Source: a phage
NCBI GenBank assembly: GCA_011939005.1
Contig: GCA_011939005.1_4858.1
Direction: 5' to 3' (one strand)
DNA length: 64,000 bases
Shown: piece by piece, positions 48,012 through 58,500 of the stretch
Layout of the letters: each line of letters starts with the position of its first letter
How positions within the stretch are numbered: the stretch's first letter is position 1
Program-made: the position numbers and the translations under genes
Notes under the pieces: model-generated
Databases searched by the model: none
What the model was told of the DNA's origin: nothing
Seen by the model: only the letters and a program-made list of their open reading frames with translations

Positions 48012-48374
48012 TTAGAGGAAGCCTTTTTCTTTCAAGGCTTCTTCAATGATTTCTGCAATGTGCGCAGCACGTGTTTCACCGCCGTCGGCATCAGGCCCGA
48101 ACTCTTCCGGGTCAAAATCCTGCAAGGCGTCTACGATAACTTGTTTCGCGTTTTCTGACTGTGACATGGTGTATTCCTCTCGATAAAATTTAGGATTAGC
48201 AGCAAGCGCAATAGGCGCAGGCATAGGTTTAGGGAAGGTGACGGTGAGACCGATTTCCTCGTGTGACGCAATGGTGCCATCCCAACGTAACCCAGTAGCA
48301 GGATTCACATTAGGATGGCATTCCACTTTAGCCCCGAGTAGCTCAGCGAGTTCCTTTGGGCTGGACGGAATCAT
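48012..48374 (-). CDS. hypothetical protein (120 aa)
   Basis: ORF. Confidence 0.5.
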   Translation of the reverse strand: MIPSSPKELAELLGAKVECHPNVNPATGLRWDGTIASHEEIGLTVTFPKPMPAPIALAANPKFYREEYTMSQSENAKQVIVDALQDFDPEEFGPDADGGETRAAHIAEIIEEALKEKGFL

Positions 48375-48862
48375 TATTCGTCGTCTTCGTCTTCTTCATC
48401 AGTTGCCATCATGGACTTGGCAAACTCTTTACGCAGCTTGCCTTCCAACGCTTTAGACTTCGGAGAACCGAAACCGTAAGAGATGGACGCTGCCCATTCT
48501 TTCTGAGTTGGGTTTTCAGTAACCGGGCGAGAGAACACGGTAGAGAATGCTGCGTTACCGATATCCAGCGTTAAGTCCAGTGCACCGATATCGCTATCCG
48601 CTTTCGCACGGTCAGCAATCAGACCACCGGCAATGCCACCGAACAGTTCAGTGAAGTTTGCGTCGTGCTGTCGCAGAGCGTCCGCGTCTTCCAGTGTGAA
48701 GCGATAGTCCACATCCCCAACTTTCGTTACGGGGAGTGTTTCTTCGTAAATCTTAACCAGCGGGTCGGCGTTCAGCGCCAGGTCTTCGGACAGGGTTGCT
48801 GCCGGCGTGTCCAGTTCAGCGATCAGTTTGTGCAGTGCTTTCATTGAAGTTACTTCAGCCAT
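48374..48862 (-). CDS. hypothetical protein with acidic C-terminus (162 aa)
   Basis: ORF ending ATDEEDEDDE. Confidence 0.55.
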   Translation of the reverse strand: MAEVTSMKALHKLIAELDTPAATLSEDLALNADPLVKIYEETLPVTKVGDVDYRFTLEDADALRQHDANFTELFGGIAGGLIADRAKADSDIGALDLTLDIGNAAFSTVFSRPVTENPTQKEWAASISYGFGSPKSKALEGKLRKEFAKSMMATDEEDEDDE

Positions 48863-48888
48863 CTTAATATTCCTTAAGGTCAGTGTGA

Positions 48889-49560
48889 TTAATCGTGTGA
48901 AAGACGAGCTTCGAGGTCGTCGATAATGGTATCTGTGAAATAGCTAATATCTAGCTGCTCCACGAAATCCCTGCGTTCCAGAATGCGCTCTGCGAAGAGC
49001 GTACCGTACCAACTAGGGATATTACTAATACCGTTGCGTCCGAACTTCTGTTGGACGTGACCAACGGCATGGAATTTTGCATCGCCTTTACTTTTACCCT
49101 GTTCACGGGCAAACAGATAAGAACGGTGCATGTAATTGCTCACGTCATCTACAGACGGTATACCACGGTCAGCTGCGGCAACTATCTCAGAGACAATCCC
49201 GTTGTAGTTCCCTTTGTGAGAACTGCGGTGTTCTAAGACTGCATGGGCAATCGTCAAACATTCATCATCGGTAAGTTTATACTTACGTTTGAGCACTGGC
49301 TTGTTATCCAGTATCCAGCTATACCCTTTGATGTGGTGCGACGCACGGTCTTCTTTGGTAGAGAAGATATCGTGAGCTGCCACCGCAATCAGTATCAGCT
49401 TCAGGTGTTCGGTTTGCCCAAGCATATACGCGATACGAATCGCATTTGATTTAACTGAGTTGATGTGATCCATGCGATGCGCACTATCGGTATAACGATA
49501 GAAGTCGCGGAATTGACGAACCAGTTTTTCCCAAAGTTTGTTGAGTTCAGTGCCCTGCAT
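48889..49560 (-). CDS. HD-domain phosphohydrolase-like protein
   Basis: SAHRMDHINS followed by IAVAAHDIF (H...HD signature), with later His/Asp residues. Confidence 0.4.
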   Translation of the reverse strand: MQGTELNKLWEKLVRQFRDFYRYTDSAHRMDHINSVKSNAIRIAYMLGQTEHLKLILIAVAAHDIFSTKEDRASHHIKGYSWILDNKPVLKRKYKLTDDECLTIAHAVLEHRSSHKGNYNGIVSEIVAAADRGIPSVDDVSNYMHRSYLFAREQGKSKGDAKFHAVGHVQQKFGRNGISNIPSWYGTLFAERILERRDFVEQLDISYFTDTIIDDLEARLSHD

Positions 49561-49594
49561 GTAAATATTCCTTACGGTAATGGTCGATTAACTA

Positions 49595-49984
49595 CTAAGA
49601 AAATGTGTGGTAACAACGTGTCAGTGTAACCTTCACGTTATCAGAATGGTCTTCGTTGGTATACAACACCGGCCAGATAATGTTATCAGACGAAAGCGCC
49701 TTTGATAACCCTTCAATCAATTCCTTCATTGAGGTTCCCTTCAGCCGATGGGTCGTACGCCACCTGTGTGACGTCATACGGCTATAAACCACCATATCTG
49801 GTGTAAGGGTACTACTTTCCTCTTTAATCTCCTCTAAACGCTTCTCCTCGCTTTCTACGAAGCTTAGTAAAGCATCTGGATTTCGAACAAACTCACCGAA
49901 ACGATCGTCTCGGCGCAAGCCACAAAGAACCCACAGCGTGAATGGGTCTCTGCACGCATCTACTAACCCTTCTGCGATTTTCAT
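49595..49984 (-). CDS. hypothetical protein (129 aa)
   Basis: ORF. Confidence 0.5.
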   Translation of the reverse strand: MKIAEGLVDACRDPFTLWVLCGLRRDDRFGEFVRNPDALLSFVESEEKRLEEIKEESSTLTPDMVVYSRMTSHRWRTTHRLKGTSMKELIEGLSKALSSDNIIWPVLYTNEDHSDNVKVTLTRCYHTFS

Positions 49985-50038
49985 TTTATTCCTTCCTACA
50001 CAGTCAAAGGATTTGTACGATTCGTGATTTTTGAGAGA

Positions 50039-50437
50039 TCAGATTAGCTGCTCAGCGCGCAAACGTCGCAAAGTGTTCGTTGCTGTAACCAGAACGTCCT
50101 GCAGCTCTTGCATCGCTTCACCAGTAAAGAACGCTTTAAGGTGCTGGTCGCTAGTGATGAGTCCGCCGTATTTGTACGGTAGGTCTGTAATATCACAGAC
50201 GATGGGATTTTTTGCTCGCCACGTTTCATCAGCAACAAGAATAAGAAACTTCCAGGCGTCTTGATTGCCGAGCGATTCACCGGTTTCTGGCTTGTAGAGT
50301 TCTTTTAAACGTTTATCGCGCTCGGAGATAAGGTATTCGTCATCAGTCAACAGACGAATTAAATCGGCTTCATTGCTCTCGGCTTTAGCACAAAGCATCA
50401 TGGCAACAAACGGGTCTTGGCGTAGTTGGTTAGTCAT
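50039..50437 (-). CDS. hypothetical protein (132 aa)
   Basis: AAGGAG RBS; motif copy 58 nt upstream. Confidence 0.55.
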   Translation of the reverse strand: MTNQLRQDPFVAMMLCAKAESNEADLIRLLTDDEYLISERDKRLKELYKPETGESLGNQDAWKFLILVADETWRAKNPIVCDITDLPYKYGGLITSDQHLKAFFTGEAMQELQDVLVTATNTLRRLRAEQLI

Positions 50438-50494
50438 TGTAAATACTCCTTCTGGGTAATAGTCGATTAAAGCGTTAACGTGTAACGCTCACCT

Positions 50495-50509
50495 AAGTAA
50501 TATATATCT
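50495..50509. promoter_or_regulatory. copy 8 of motif (AAGTAATATATATCT, degenerate)
   Basis: Lies between the upstream terminator-like hairpin and the start of 50039..50437. Confidence 0.35.
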
Positions 50510-50529
50510 CAGTTCTTTTTGAATGCAAT

Positions 50530-50580
50530 TAATAAAATAAAAAGGCTCACCCGTATCCGAAGATAGGATGAGCCTAGTGG
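50530..50580 (-). terminator. putative terminator hairpin after 50584..51177
   Basis: AGGCTCA...TGAGCCT stem with A-rich tract on the plus strand; long loop lowers confidence. Confidence 0.3.
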
Positions 50581-50583
50581 AGC

Positions 50584-51132
50584 TTAGACTTGCAGTAGTG
50601 TCCCCGAGTGAGTAATCGGGTCATTGTAGAACGCTTCACACTGGAGGCAAATGCCATCAATGTTCGGTTCTTCAGTTCGCGACCATATTGCCGCGCCACC
50701 TTGCAAAATCCATTCTCGACAGTTACGACCATAATCGTCGACAAGCAAATTACCTCGCGAGGCGTAAGCTTTCTTCTGCCCTGAACTTTCGGTGACGATG
50801 ACTTTGTCAGCTGGCACCCCAAAGTGCTTCATGAACCATCGTTGTTTTGAATCCACAACCAATTGGTGGTCGTAGTGATCTTCTGACCCAGAGGTGAGTA
50901 TTGCCCAACTGTCGCAAAGTCTATCTACCGTTTCCAGGATTCGCTCTACACCCTCAATTGGTTCGAGTTTGTAAAACAAGTCAGGATCGTTCTGATACAT
51001 CGAACGAACCAAACTACGACGGCGGAGTTCAGGTAATGCGTTAAACTCTTTAATCGTCATTCCGGGAAAATGTGTGGATAAAACGTATTTACGCCAGCGT
51101 GCAAAAACGCCATCGCTATCCAGATAAAACAT
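50584..51132 (-). CDS. HAD-superfamily hydrolase (nucleotidase/phosphatase-like); start revised to ATG 51132
   Basis: MFYLDSDGVF (HAD motif I DxDG) and C-terminal LLVDDYG (motif IV); AAGGA 9 nt upstream of ATG 51132. Confidence 0.5.
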   Translation of the reverse strand: MFYLDSDGVFARWRKYVLSTHFPGMTIKEFNALPELRRRSLVRSMYQNDPDLFYKLEPIEGVERILETVDRLCDSWAILTSGSEDHYDHQLVVDSKQRWFMKHFGVPADKVIVTESSGQKKAYASRGNLLVDDYGRNCREWILQGGAAIWSRTEEPNIDGICLQCEAFYNDPITHSGTLLQV

Positions 51133-51185
51133 CTTCTTGTCCTTATTTTGTTCCCCAACACATGAAACCAACGTCATGTAAAAAA

Positions 51186-51530
51186 TTACATCTGCTTTAT
51201 TGCCATATTCGAACGATACGGCTCAGTGAGTAGAAAGTAAGTACGGCGATAGTCGATTGTCACTCCAGCCTCTTTAATGTCGCAATAGAGTGCCATGATA
51301 TCTAGCGACGCGATTCCGGAGATGATGTTATTAATCTTGCGTTTTGTATCAAAACGTTCCGATAAGATTTCGGCAAGCACTTCTTTACCAGCCTTTCCTT
51401 GGATAGCGTAGATCGCTAACGCTTTCAGTTCTTCCGGCGTCAAACAACGAAGGGTCGGAGGTATTGCGATGTTAACGACCTTCATGCGTCCCCCTACTGT
51501 AGTGGTTTTTAGTTGTGATTTGCAGACCAC
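51186..51530 (-). CDS. hypothetical protein (114 aa)
   Basis: ORF. Confidence 0.5.
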   Translation of the reverse strand: MVCKSQLKTTTVGGRMKVVNIAIPPTLRCLTPEELKALAIYAIQGKAGKEVLAEILSERFDTKRKINNIISGIASLDIMALYCDIKEAGVTIDYRRTYFLLTEPYRSNMAIKQM

Positions 51531-51540
51531 GAACTAGGCA

Positions 51541-52170
51541 CTACGGTGAAACGACGTATTCGTTCAGTGCGTTATCAAAAGCAGTACGCGCAGTGGCGAC
51601 CGCCTCCGAGACCTTAACTTCACTGCGCTCCCAGTTGACGCTGATAATCAGTCGATAAAATTCGCCGGCTTTCAGCAGTTGACTGGTAGACAGGCGTACA
51701 TCTTGTCCGAAACTTAAGTGATAGACAAAAACATGGCCGCCGTTGCGAAGTTCTGACAACCGCATCTCGCCCAGGTAAATCGGTTTGATATCCCAGTTCG
51801 ACATGCGGTGTGGTACAATCCATACTTCACCCGCCCGATTCGGTTCCTGTGTCAGGTTGACCGAAGGCTGCGCTACATCACGTTCATCAAAACCGTAAAG
51901 ATACAATCGTGTGGGTATTTCGATTGCAGAGAAGTTGTGACGTGCACCCTTAATCGCTCGCTCTAAATCTACCGAGCAGCAAATCCTGGGCACGGTCTTG
52001 TCTTCATCTGGCGCGCACGAAAGTGGGATACGCGGCGAAAACGTCGGTATCTTACACTTGCTTAAATGCAGCGGCTGTTCAGTCAGTTTACGCAACGTCA
52101 ACTTTTTGGCGACGTGCGGCATCTGGCGTTCACACCACCGCTCTAATGACGGGTCGACATGTTCTGCCAT
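51541..52170 (-). CDS. hypothetical protein (209 aa)
   Basis: ORF. Confidence 0.55.
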   Translation of the reverse strand: MAEHVDPSLERWCERQMPHVAKKLTLRKLTEQPLHLSKCKIPTFSPRIPLSCAPDEDKTVPRICCSVDLERAIKGARHNFSAIEIPTRLYLYGFDERDVAQPSVNLTQEPNRAGEVWIVPHRMSNWDIKPIYLGEMRLSELRNGGHVFVYHLSFGQDVRLSTSQLLKAGEFYRLIISVNWERSEVKVSEAVATARTAFDNALNEYVVSP

Positions 52171-52172
52171 TT

Positions 52173-52976
52173 TTACCAGCTCCTTACACCCATGCCCATT
52201 ACCCGCAGATTGGACACTTTCGGAGCCAGCTGCAGGTATTCCTGCGCGAGTTGCTGGAGAGCACCACGACGGGACTCAGTGGCAACAGCGCTGGTCGTTG
52301 TCGGATTGTACAGAATGTCTTCCAACACTTGACGACTGATAGGGCGGTCGACGTAAGTGCGAGTAGATTCCTGTGCCACTTTACTACCGCGTTGAATCGC
52401 AGAGTATTTGTTACAGATTTGCAGGCCATCTTCAATAACCCAGTCAAAGGTGACCAGTTTATCGATGCGGCGTACGATAGTCGTACCCAGACGACCTTCA
52501 CGAACGATAGCACGCAGTGAGAAACACACGTTCTGATGTGGGTTCTCTAGTGCTTCCGCTAGAAGCGGACCACGTTCACGGTTAGGTTTAATCCAACCCC
52601 AGATTTCCATTACCGGCAGACCGTTACACATCTGGTCGGTCGGCTTCACTTCTACTTCGCGGATGTGCATACACACGTTACGCGTTTCGATCCATTCGTT
52701 ACGTTCGATCCACTGGGCTTCGCTCATGCCTTGTTCGTATTGCGGATGGTCTTCTTCACCGAAGAGATTCCCCGCCAAAACTTTACGCATGAAAACGTTA
52801 GAGCGCTCGAAGACATGTTTTGACTCGTTATAGGCGTAGTAAATATTCTCAGAGTTGAAAATATTCAGTGCACCTAACAGGACGTAGTAATATCCGTCCG
52901 CATCTTTCTTTAGCGTTGCCCCTTTATTGACCCCAGCGAGTGCCACGCAGTTATAACGTAGTGACAAGTTTTCCAT
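52173..52976 (-). CDS. hypothetical protein (267 aa)
   Basis: ORF. Confidence 0.6.
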   Translation of the reverse strand: MENLSLRYNCVALAGVNKGATLKKDADGYYYVLLGALNIFNSENIYYAYNESKHVFERSNVFMRKVLAGNLFGEEDHPQYEQGMSEAQWIERNEWIETRNVCMHIREVEVKPTDQMCNGLPVMEIWGWIKPNRERGPLLAEALENPHQNVCFSLRAIVREGRLGTTIVRRIDKLVTFDWVIEDGLQICNKYSAIQRGSKVAQESTRTYVDRPISRQVLEDILYNPTTTSAVATESRRGALQQLAQEYLQLAPKVSNLRVMGMGVRSW

Positions 52977-53038
52977 TGGTTTCCCCAGTTGTTATTACCG
53001 AAGCGGGTTATTGGGGACGTACAATAACCCTACCTCAG

Positions 53039-53767
53039 TTACCTCATATACAAATCCTCGAGTGGCTCTGCACGTACCGGATCGACCTGGAGTGCAGAAC
53101 GGATACCCTGTTTCAGTTCCACATCTGCAATCTTGGCCAACCGGGAAGTTTTGTTCAATGAACCTGAACGCAGCGGAATAAACTGCACCCGATTCATCAA
53201 ATCGCTGTCTTTTTTCAGGGTGTAGCGGAAATACGTCCGCGGGTCGCCAACCTTACGCTGTGTGTGGGCAGCATAACAGTCAGCGGTGATCTGGTCGTTA
53301 AAGACCGTAAAGCCGTTCCACGTCTTAGTGTCAGACAATAGCTCAGCGTCATCTACTGCGGTGTACCAGAAAGGCCGGTTTCCGAAGTCGTAGATGTACG
53401 AAGCGATGTTGTAGACTGGCGAGGAGAGCACTTGCAGCATTCGGTTGGGGAACACCACCGTGCCGGGGTCAAAACGGAACTCGTAATACGGCACACCCTG
53501 AACGTCAATTTCCTCAAACGCCGACGGGGTAATTTCAATGAACGTCGTGACGTTCGATACCCCGTAGGTTTTGCGGTCAGTGGAGATAGCGAAAATACCG
53601 ACGATTTCGACTTGCGAAGAAATTACCGCCAGCTCTTTAGCCACGAAGCCAACAGGGATGTAAATGTAACATCCCCCTTTGGTGATGGTGGCCGTGCCTT
53701 GGTCCACTAAATCTGCATGAATTTTCGTCGCGTCACGACGTGCTGTTTCAATGGCGCTCACGACCAC
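53039..53767 (-). CDS. hypothetical protein (242 aa)
   Basis: ORF. Confidence 0.6.
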   Translation of the reverse strand: MVVSAIETARRDATKIHADLVDQGTATITKGGCYIYIPVGFVAKELAVISSQVEIVGIFAISTDRKTYGVSNVTTFIEITPSAFEEIDVQGVPYYEFRFDPGTVVFPNRMLQVLSSPVYNIASYIYDFGNRPFWYTAVDDAELLSDTKTWNGFTVFNDQITADCYAAHTQRKVGDPRTYFRYTLKKDSDLMNRVQFIPLRSGSLNKTSRLAKIADVELKQGIRSALQVDPVRAEPLEDLYMR

Positions 53768-53776
53768 CTCTCTTTA

Positions 53777-55252
53777 TTAAACTTTGCTCGGTACAGAAAT
53801 AACCACACCGCCACAAATCCAATCCAGGACGTAGTTAATCATCCAGTCGGTTGCCACCTCGTCAGGTTGACGGTTAGCAATCATACCACGATGAATATCC
53901 AGCATCAGCTTGGACAGTTCGTATTCGCCGAAGACCTCAGTCGCGGAGACTTTGATAACGAACTCAGTGATGTCTGTGGTGTCGGTTGTGAAGAACGAAT
54001 CGATGAAGCTTGCCGTTGATTTCTTAACGAACTCCGGCGTTGCTACCTGACCGTCCTGTCCACGCCAGAACAGTTCAGGATCGGTCGCATCGATAGCCAC
54101 GTTAAACGCTTGTTTCAGTGACTGGCGATTACGTGTTACCCAATTGCTGTCGAGTTTAGCACGCTGAATCGCAGAACGGTGCCCCCAGGCAGCGATGTAG
54201 TCTTTCTGTTTTTCCAACAATGAAGCTACACGCGTGGAGACATTGGTGTCACCTTCGTCCAGCTGGTAAATAGCACCCAGTAACGCTTCAACGCTACCGC
54301 CTTTTTCCAGATAGTCGTCCATCACTTCCTGACAGATATACACTTTCTTCTCAACGTTGTCGTATCCGAAGACAATGTTACCGGTCTTGATGCGGGTAAC
54401 GATGTTCTGGGTGTAGGCGTAAACCCAACCGATATAGCTGTAATGTAATGGCAGCATCTGTGCTTTCCACTGCCCGCTATTCAGACCAGAGTCTTTCCAC
54501 GGCATTTCCAGGTAGTAGCCAGAAAGCAGCATAAACAGAATGTTGCGTTTCAGGTTGTGTGGTGCCTGGTCGCTTACCGGAGAGAGCATGTTCCCTTCGA
54601 GCATGTTGCGAACGGCTTCGTTGATATTCCAACCCAGCGCATTCAACAGTTCTTTAACCAGATCGTCGTATGCTTTGCTGCCGGTTTCTGGCAGTTCGAT
54701 ATCGGCAGGGACGTTAGCTTTAACCGCAGGGTGTGTGGTACCGTTACCCAGCGGGTTTTCTACCGAATCAATTAATGCCTGTACCACCGGGGAGTTCAGC
54801 GCCGGGTCCATACCTGCAGGCACAAGTGCCCATTCTTCGCTAACTGCCTGGTTTTCAATACCCTGGTTGTTTTGGATAACCAGCTGAACAAACGGCTGAA
54901 TAACGTTACGAGCAAAGTCAAGCATACCCTGACAACGCTGGATAGCCATACGCTTCAGTTCAAACAGCGTTGGTTCGTGGTCTTCGACGTTCAGCGTTTC
55001 TGGACCCGCTGCCGTGTCCGCGATTACGGACGCTTCGCCTGTACCGGCCTGCGGCGTTTTCAGTGCAGTGATATCCGGCAGAGACTGGAAGAACTCTTCG
55101 TCGGTTATCTGCGTATCGAAAACGCTCTGCTGCGTAGTCGCTTTTGTCAGTAGACCAACAGGACTGTCAACGTCAGCTTCCAAACGAACCTGGTGTTGTT
55201 TCGCCAGTTTCATTGCGTTGGTGACAGCATTAAGTGAATATAAGTTGATCAT
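53777..55252 (-). CDS. hypothetical protein (491 aa)
   Basis: Long ORF. Confidence 0.6.
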   Translation of the reverse strand: MINLYSLNAVTNAMKLAKQHQVRLEADVDSPVGLLTKATTQQSVFDTQITDEEFFQSLPDITALKTPQAGTGEASVIADTAAGPETLNVEDHEPTLFELKRMAIQRCQGMLDFARNVIQPFVQLVIQNNQGIENQAVSEEWALVPAGMDPALNSPVVQALIDSVENPLGNGTTHPAVKANVPADIELPETGSKAYDDLVKELLNALGWNINEAVRNMLEGNMLSPVSDQAPHNLKRNILFMLLSGYYLEMPWKDSGLNSGQWKAQMLPLHYSYIGWVYAYTQNIVTRIKTGNIVFGYDNVEKKVYICQEVMDDYLEKGGSVEALLGAIYQLDEGDTNVSTRVASLLEKQKDYIAAWGHRSAIQRAKLDSNWVTRNRQSLKQAFNVAIDATDPELFWRGQDGQVATPEFVKKSTASFIDSFFTTDTTDITEFVIKVSATEVFGEYELSKLMLDIHRGMIANRQPDEVATDWMINYVLDWICGGVVISVPSKV

Positions 55253-55542
55253 GCCTGACCCCCGTTTTTGGTGCTGATGGAATCCTGGATGCGACCAGTA
55301 ATACGCGCACCCACCATATCAGCGATGTCTCGTTTCAGCAAACGCTGATCGCCCATGCGGTCAGACAGGCCATTGCTGCCCTTCAGCAGTCCGTGAATAA
55401 TTTCGGTGGCCAATTCAACCGCATTGCCCAGAACAACAAAGTTCATGCGTTGCTGTGGGGAATAACCTTCCGTTTCCGGATTCGTGCTATTACGGCCCAC
55501 CGGAATCCCATGCTGCTGCTTGAGCGTATCTAAAATTCCCAT
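55249..55542 (-). CDS. hypothetical protein (97 aa)
   Basis: ORF with GGAG RBS; hairpin upstream. Confidence 0.5.
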   Translation of the reverse strand: MGILDTLKQQHGIPVGRNSTNPETEGYSPQQRMNFVVLGNAVELATEIIHGLLKGSNGLSDRMGDQRLLKRDIADMVGARITGRIQDSISTKNGGQA

Positions 55543-55566
55543 TATTAACTCCGGAGTTTATTTACC

Positions 55567-55585
55567 GGGCGGGAGCGACCCGCCC
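55567..55585 (-). other. intergenic hairpin between the beta-like gene and the next gene
   Basis: GGGCGGG-AGCGA-CCCGCCC, no U-run. Confidence 0.3.
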
Positions 55586-55589
55586 TACA

Positions 55590-58500
55590 TTAGTTGATTT
55601 TAGCCGGCAAGGCTGGGACGTCTTCACCATCTAAGATGCGTCCGATATTCTCCCCACCACGATACCCGACAGCGTTGGTGGTTCCGATGCGCATGATAGA
55701 ACCTACGATACGTGCGTCGACGGAATCACGACCAAAGATAATGTCGAGTTCCTGCCCGTCTTCCGTTTTGTTGGTTCCATACATCACTTCCTGAACCGTC
55801 GTTTTCAGCTGGTTAGCAATAACCATCTTATCCGCTGCTGCCATCTCTACCCGGTGTGTGATGTAGAATCGGACACACAGGCTATTGTACGCTAACGGCA
55901 CCCCCTCAACACGAAAATCACCGTTGACTCGACCGTCCTTCGGCTCGTCACGTTTGAGAGCCAGCGCAGTCTTCCGACGTATACGGTCGTATTTACGAAC
56001 CATCTCCGCCAAAGACGGGGTCATATCTTCCACCTCGCCGTGGTAAACCACTTCGATTTTGTCGATAAACCCACGAACACCAGAGCGTGGTGCAAAGGAG
56101 CTTAACTCACGCAGCGTTTCCGCTGCTTCTTTACTGAACCCGCTCATATCGCCGGTCAGGTTGTCGGTGAAGGTGCATAGAATTGAATCCACGTCTACGT
56201 GGTCCCCTTCTTTTACCATCTCCAACAGGTTCTGGGTAAACGTCATTGTGACTTCTTTGAGTTTGGTAACATCGGCTTCAGCCTTAGCAGCGAACCGCTC
56301 ACTAATGGCGTTGGAGTCCTCAATTACTTCTTCCCCTTCAATCAAAGCGACAGTTGCCAGTATCCCGTTTTTAAAACTGACCTGCGTTGGATCGTAGATG
56401 TCTGGTTCAAAGTGTTGTTCGTTGTACGTGATAACGGCACCGGCAGGGAGTTTATCTCCGCGCTTCCATTTCGTTACCAGGGTGTGTGGGTAGTAAGTCC
56501 CTTCGTGTGGACCGAACCAACGGCCCAGTGGGAAAGCTTCTTCCTCTCCGTCGTCGTATTTGATTTTAACGTGGTCGTTAAGAACCTCCACAATCTTGCC
56601 TGGTTTATCGATTACGCGTGCGTGCTTCACAGAAGTACGGTGTGCCACGAACTTTTCTTGCTCGGTACGATACGGTGTGGTGGTTGCGCCAACACAACTG
56701 GTCGCAGAACCGAATTGAATCCCAACGAAGTTCTGACGCTTAGCATCGTCCATCAGGGTATCCGGCACCAAGCCATCAATAAATGACAGTGCCTCACCTG
56801 GCTTCAGTTTATCGAGGTCCTTTTTAAAGGTCGTGCCGTCCACGGTGTCGTAACGCGGATTGTTTGTTGCAAAGGCGGTGATACCTACGTCGCCGTTATC
56901 GACCGTGTTACCGGAGATAATCCCCAGGTCGCTCGGTTGGAATTCACGGGTACTGTATACCATGGTTTTGCGGTTACGACCACCTGTACCGCCCATGGTA
57001 ACGACATCTTTTTCTTTGATGTTCTGTACCGGGTTTGCGCCAGGAGCCAGCAGAACAGACGGGTCGGAGTTAATTGCACCCCACACCATGTCCTGCGTCA
57101 ACTCAAACTTACGATTTGAGTTAGGCGCGTTGTTGTAGTTACGCATCGCCCGCACCATCGCGGTGTAGATGTGATACGAAATACGTTGGTTCCCGATGAA
57201 CATCATTTCGTCACCGTTAATTTCCGGTAACGTGTGGTCCGTCTGCAGCAGTTCGTTAGAACGCTCCAGTAAGCCGATAAAGGTTTCCGGCTCGCCCATT
57301 TTCCTGAGGATACGCGCGTGCATGTCATCAACAAATGCGGTCCGCATCAGTTTCAGCTCTTTGATGTAGCGTGGTGTTAGCCCATCTGCATCGCGTAACA
57401 GGTTCAGATAAATGTCTTCCCGGTCAACTTCCGACTCGGTATACGTGGTAAAGTGTTTGATGTAACGGTCTAAGCCGTTGACAATCATCCTCTGTTGATC
57501 GTTCTCGCAGACAATTGCAATTTTCGCATCCTGGAGACGAATAATGGAGTCGAACTGACCTTTATCGATACGTTGTCCGACAGAGAGAACCTCGTAACTG
57601 ATACCAAAGTGTTTCAACATCCCGGTTAACCCGAGATAGTACGAAAACACAAAGCCCAGCGAGATTGATTTGCCCATCAGTGACAGTTCGGTCATTTCTC
57701 GTGGAGCCTTAGAGGTGTCCACGCCAAAGACCTCGGCGAGTGTACCCAGTGGTTCGGTCTTATCCTTATCCACTCGATAAAGCTGGGAGTTTTTATCCAT
57801 ACCGACGATGACATGACTCCGCGGTTTCTTCGCCACAGGTACCAGCTCGACACGGTCCGCGTCTGCCAGTTGCCCTTCGTTAAAGAATGCCGCTTTCTGT
57901 TTAATGTCAAAGTTCCATTGGTACCCAATTGCGTTGAACGCTGCTACACGACGTGCCACCTCGGTGTACTGACGCGGCAGTTTAGACAGCGGATCGAACA
58001 CATTCGCCAGTTTTGCATCAGTGATTTCGGTGTTCTTTGGATCGACCGCGCGAGTAATAATCGCATTAGTGAGCCAACGTCCGTAATCATTGACGACTTT
58101 ATCACTGCGACGGACAAAGTTCTTCCCGTAGGCAGTGGTTAACGCTACAGTATCGTGGGACACTTTACGGATAGGAAGATCAACGCGCTGACGACGCATT
58201 GTATATTCTACACCATTCGCAACCCAAGTACCGTCTTCGGTTAATGCAGGAATTGAGAAACGTACCGTGGTTGGTTCTCCGCCAATCGGCTGAATACGCA
58301 ACGTGTGGTGTTCGATATTCCCGGTAACGGAAATCTCTTTCTCGACAGTGTGATTGTGAATCGCTAAACCAAGACGTTGGGATGACGCTACTGCCCCCAG
58401 AATATCTTTCGGGAAGATTTCCTGGTTGTACTGACGAATGATTTGGTCGGTGGTATTTTCCGCCCAGGCTTCATCCGTAACTAAGCGTTCAATCTTCTTA

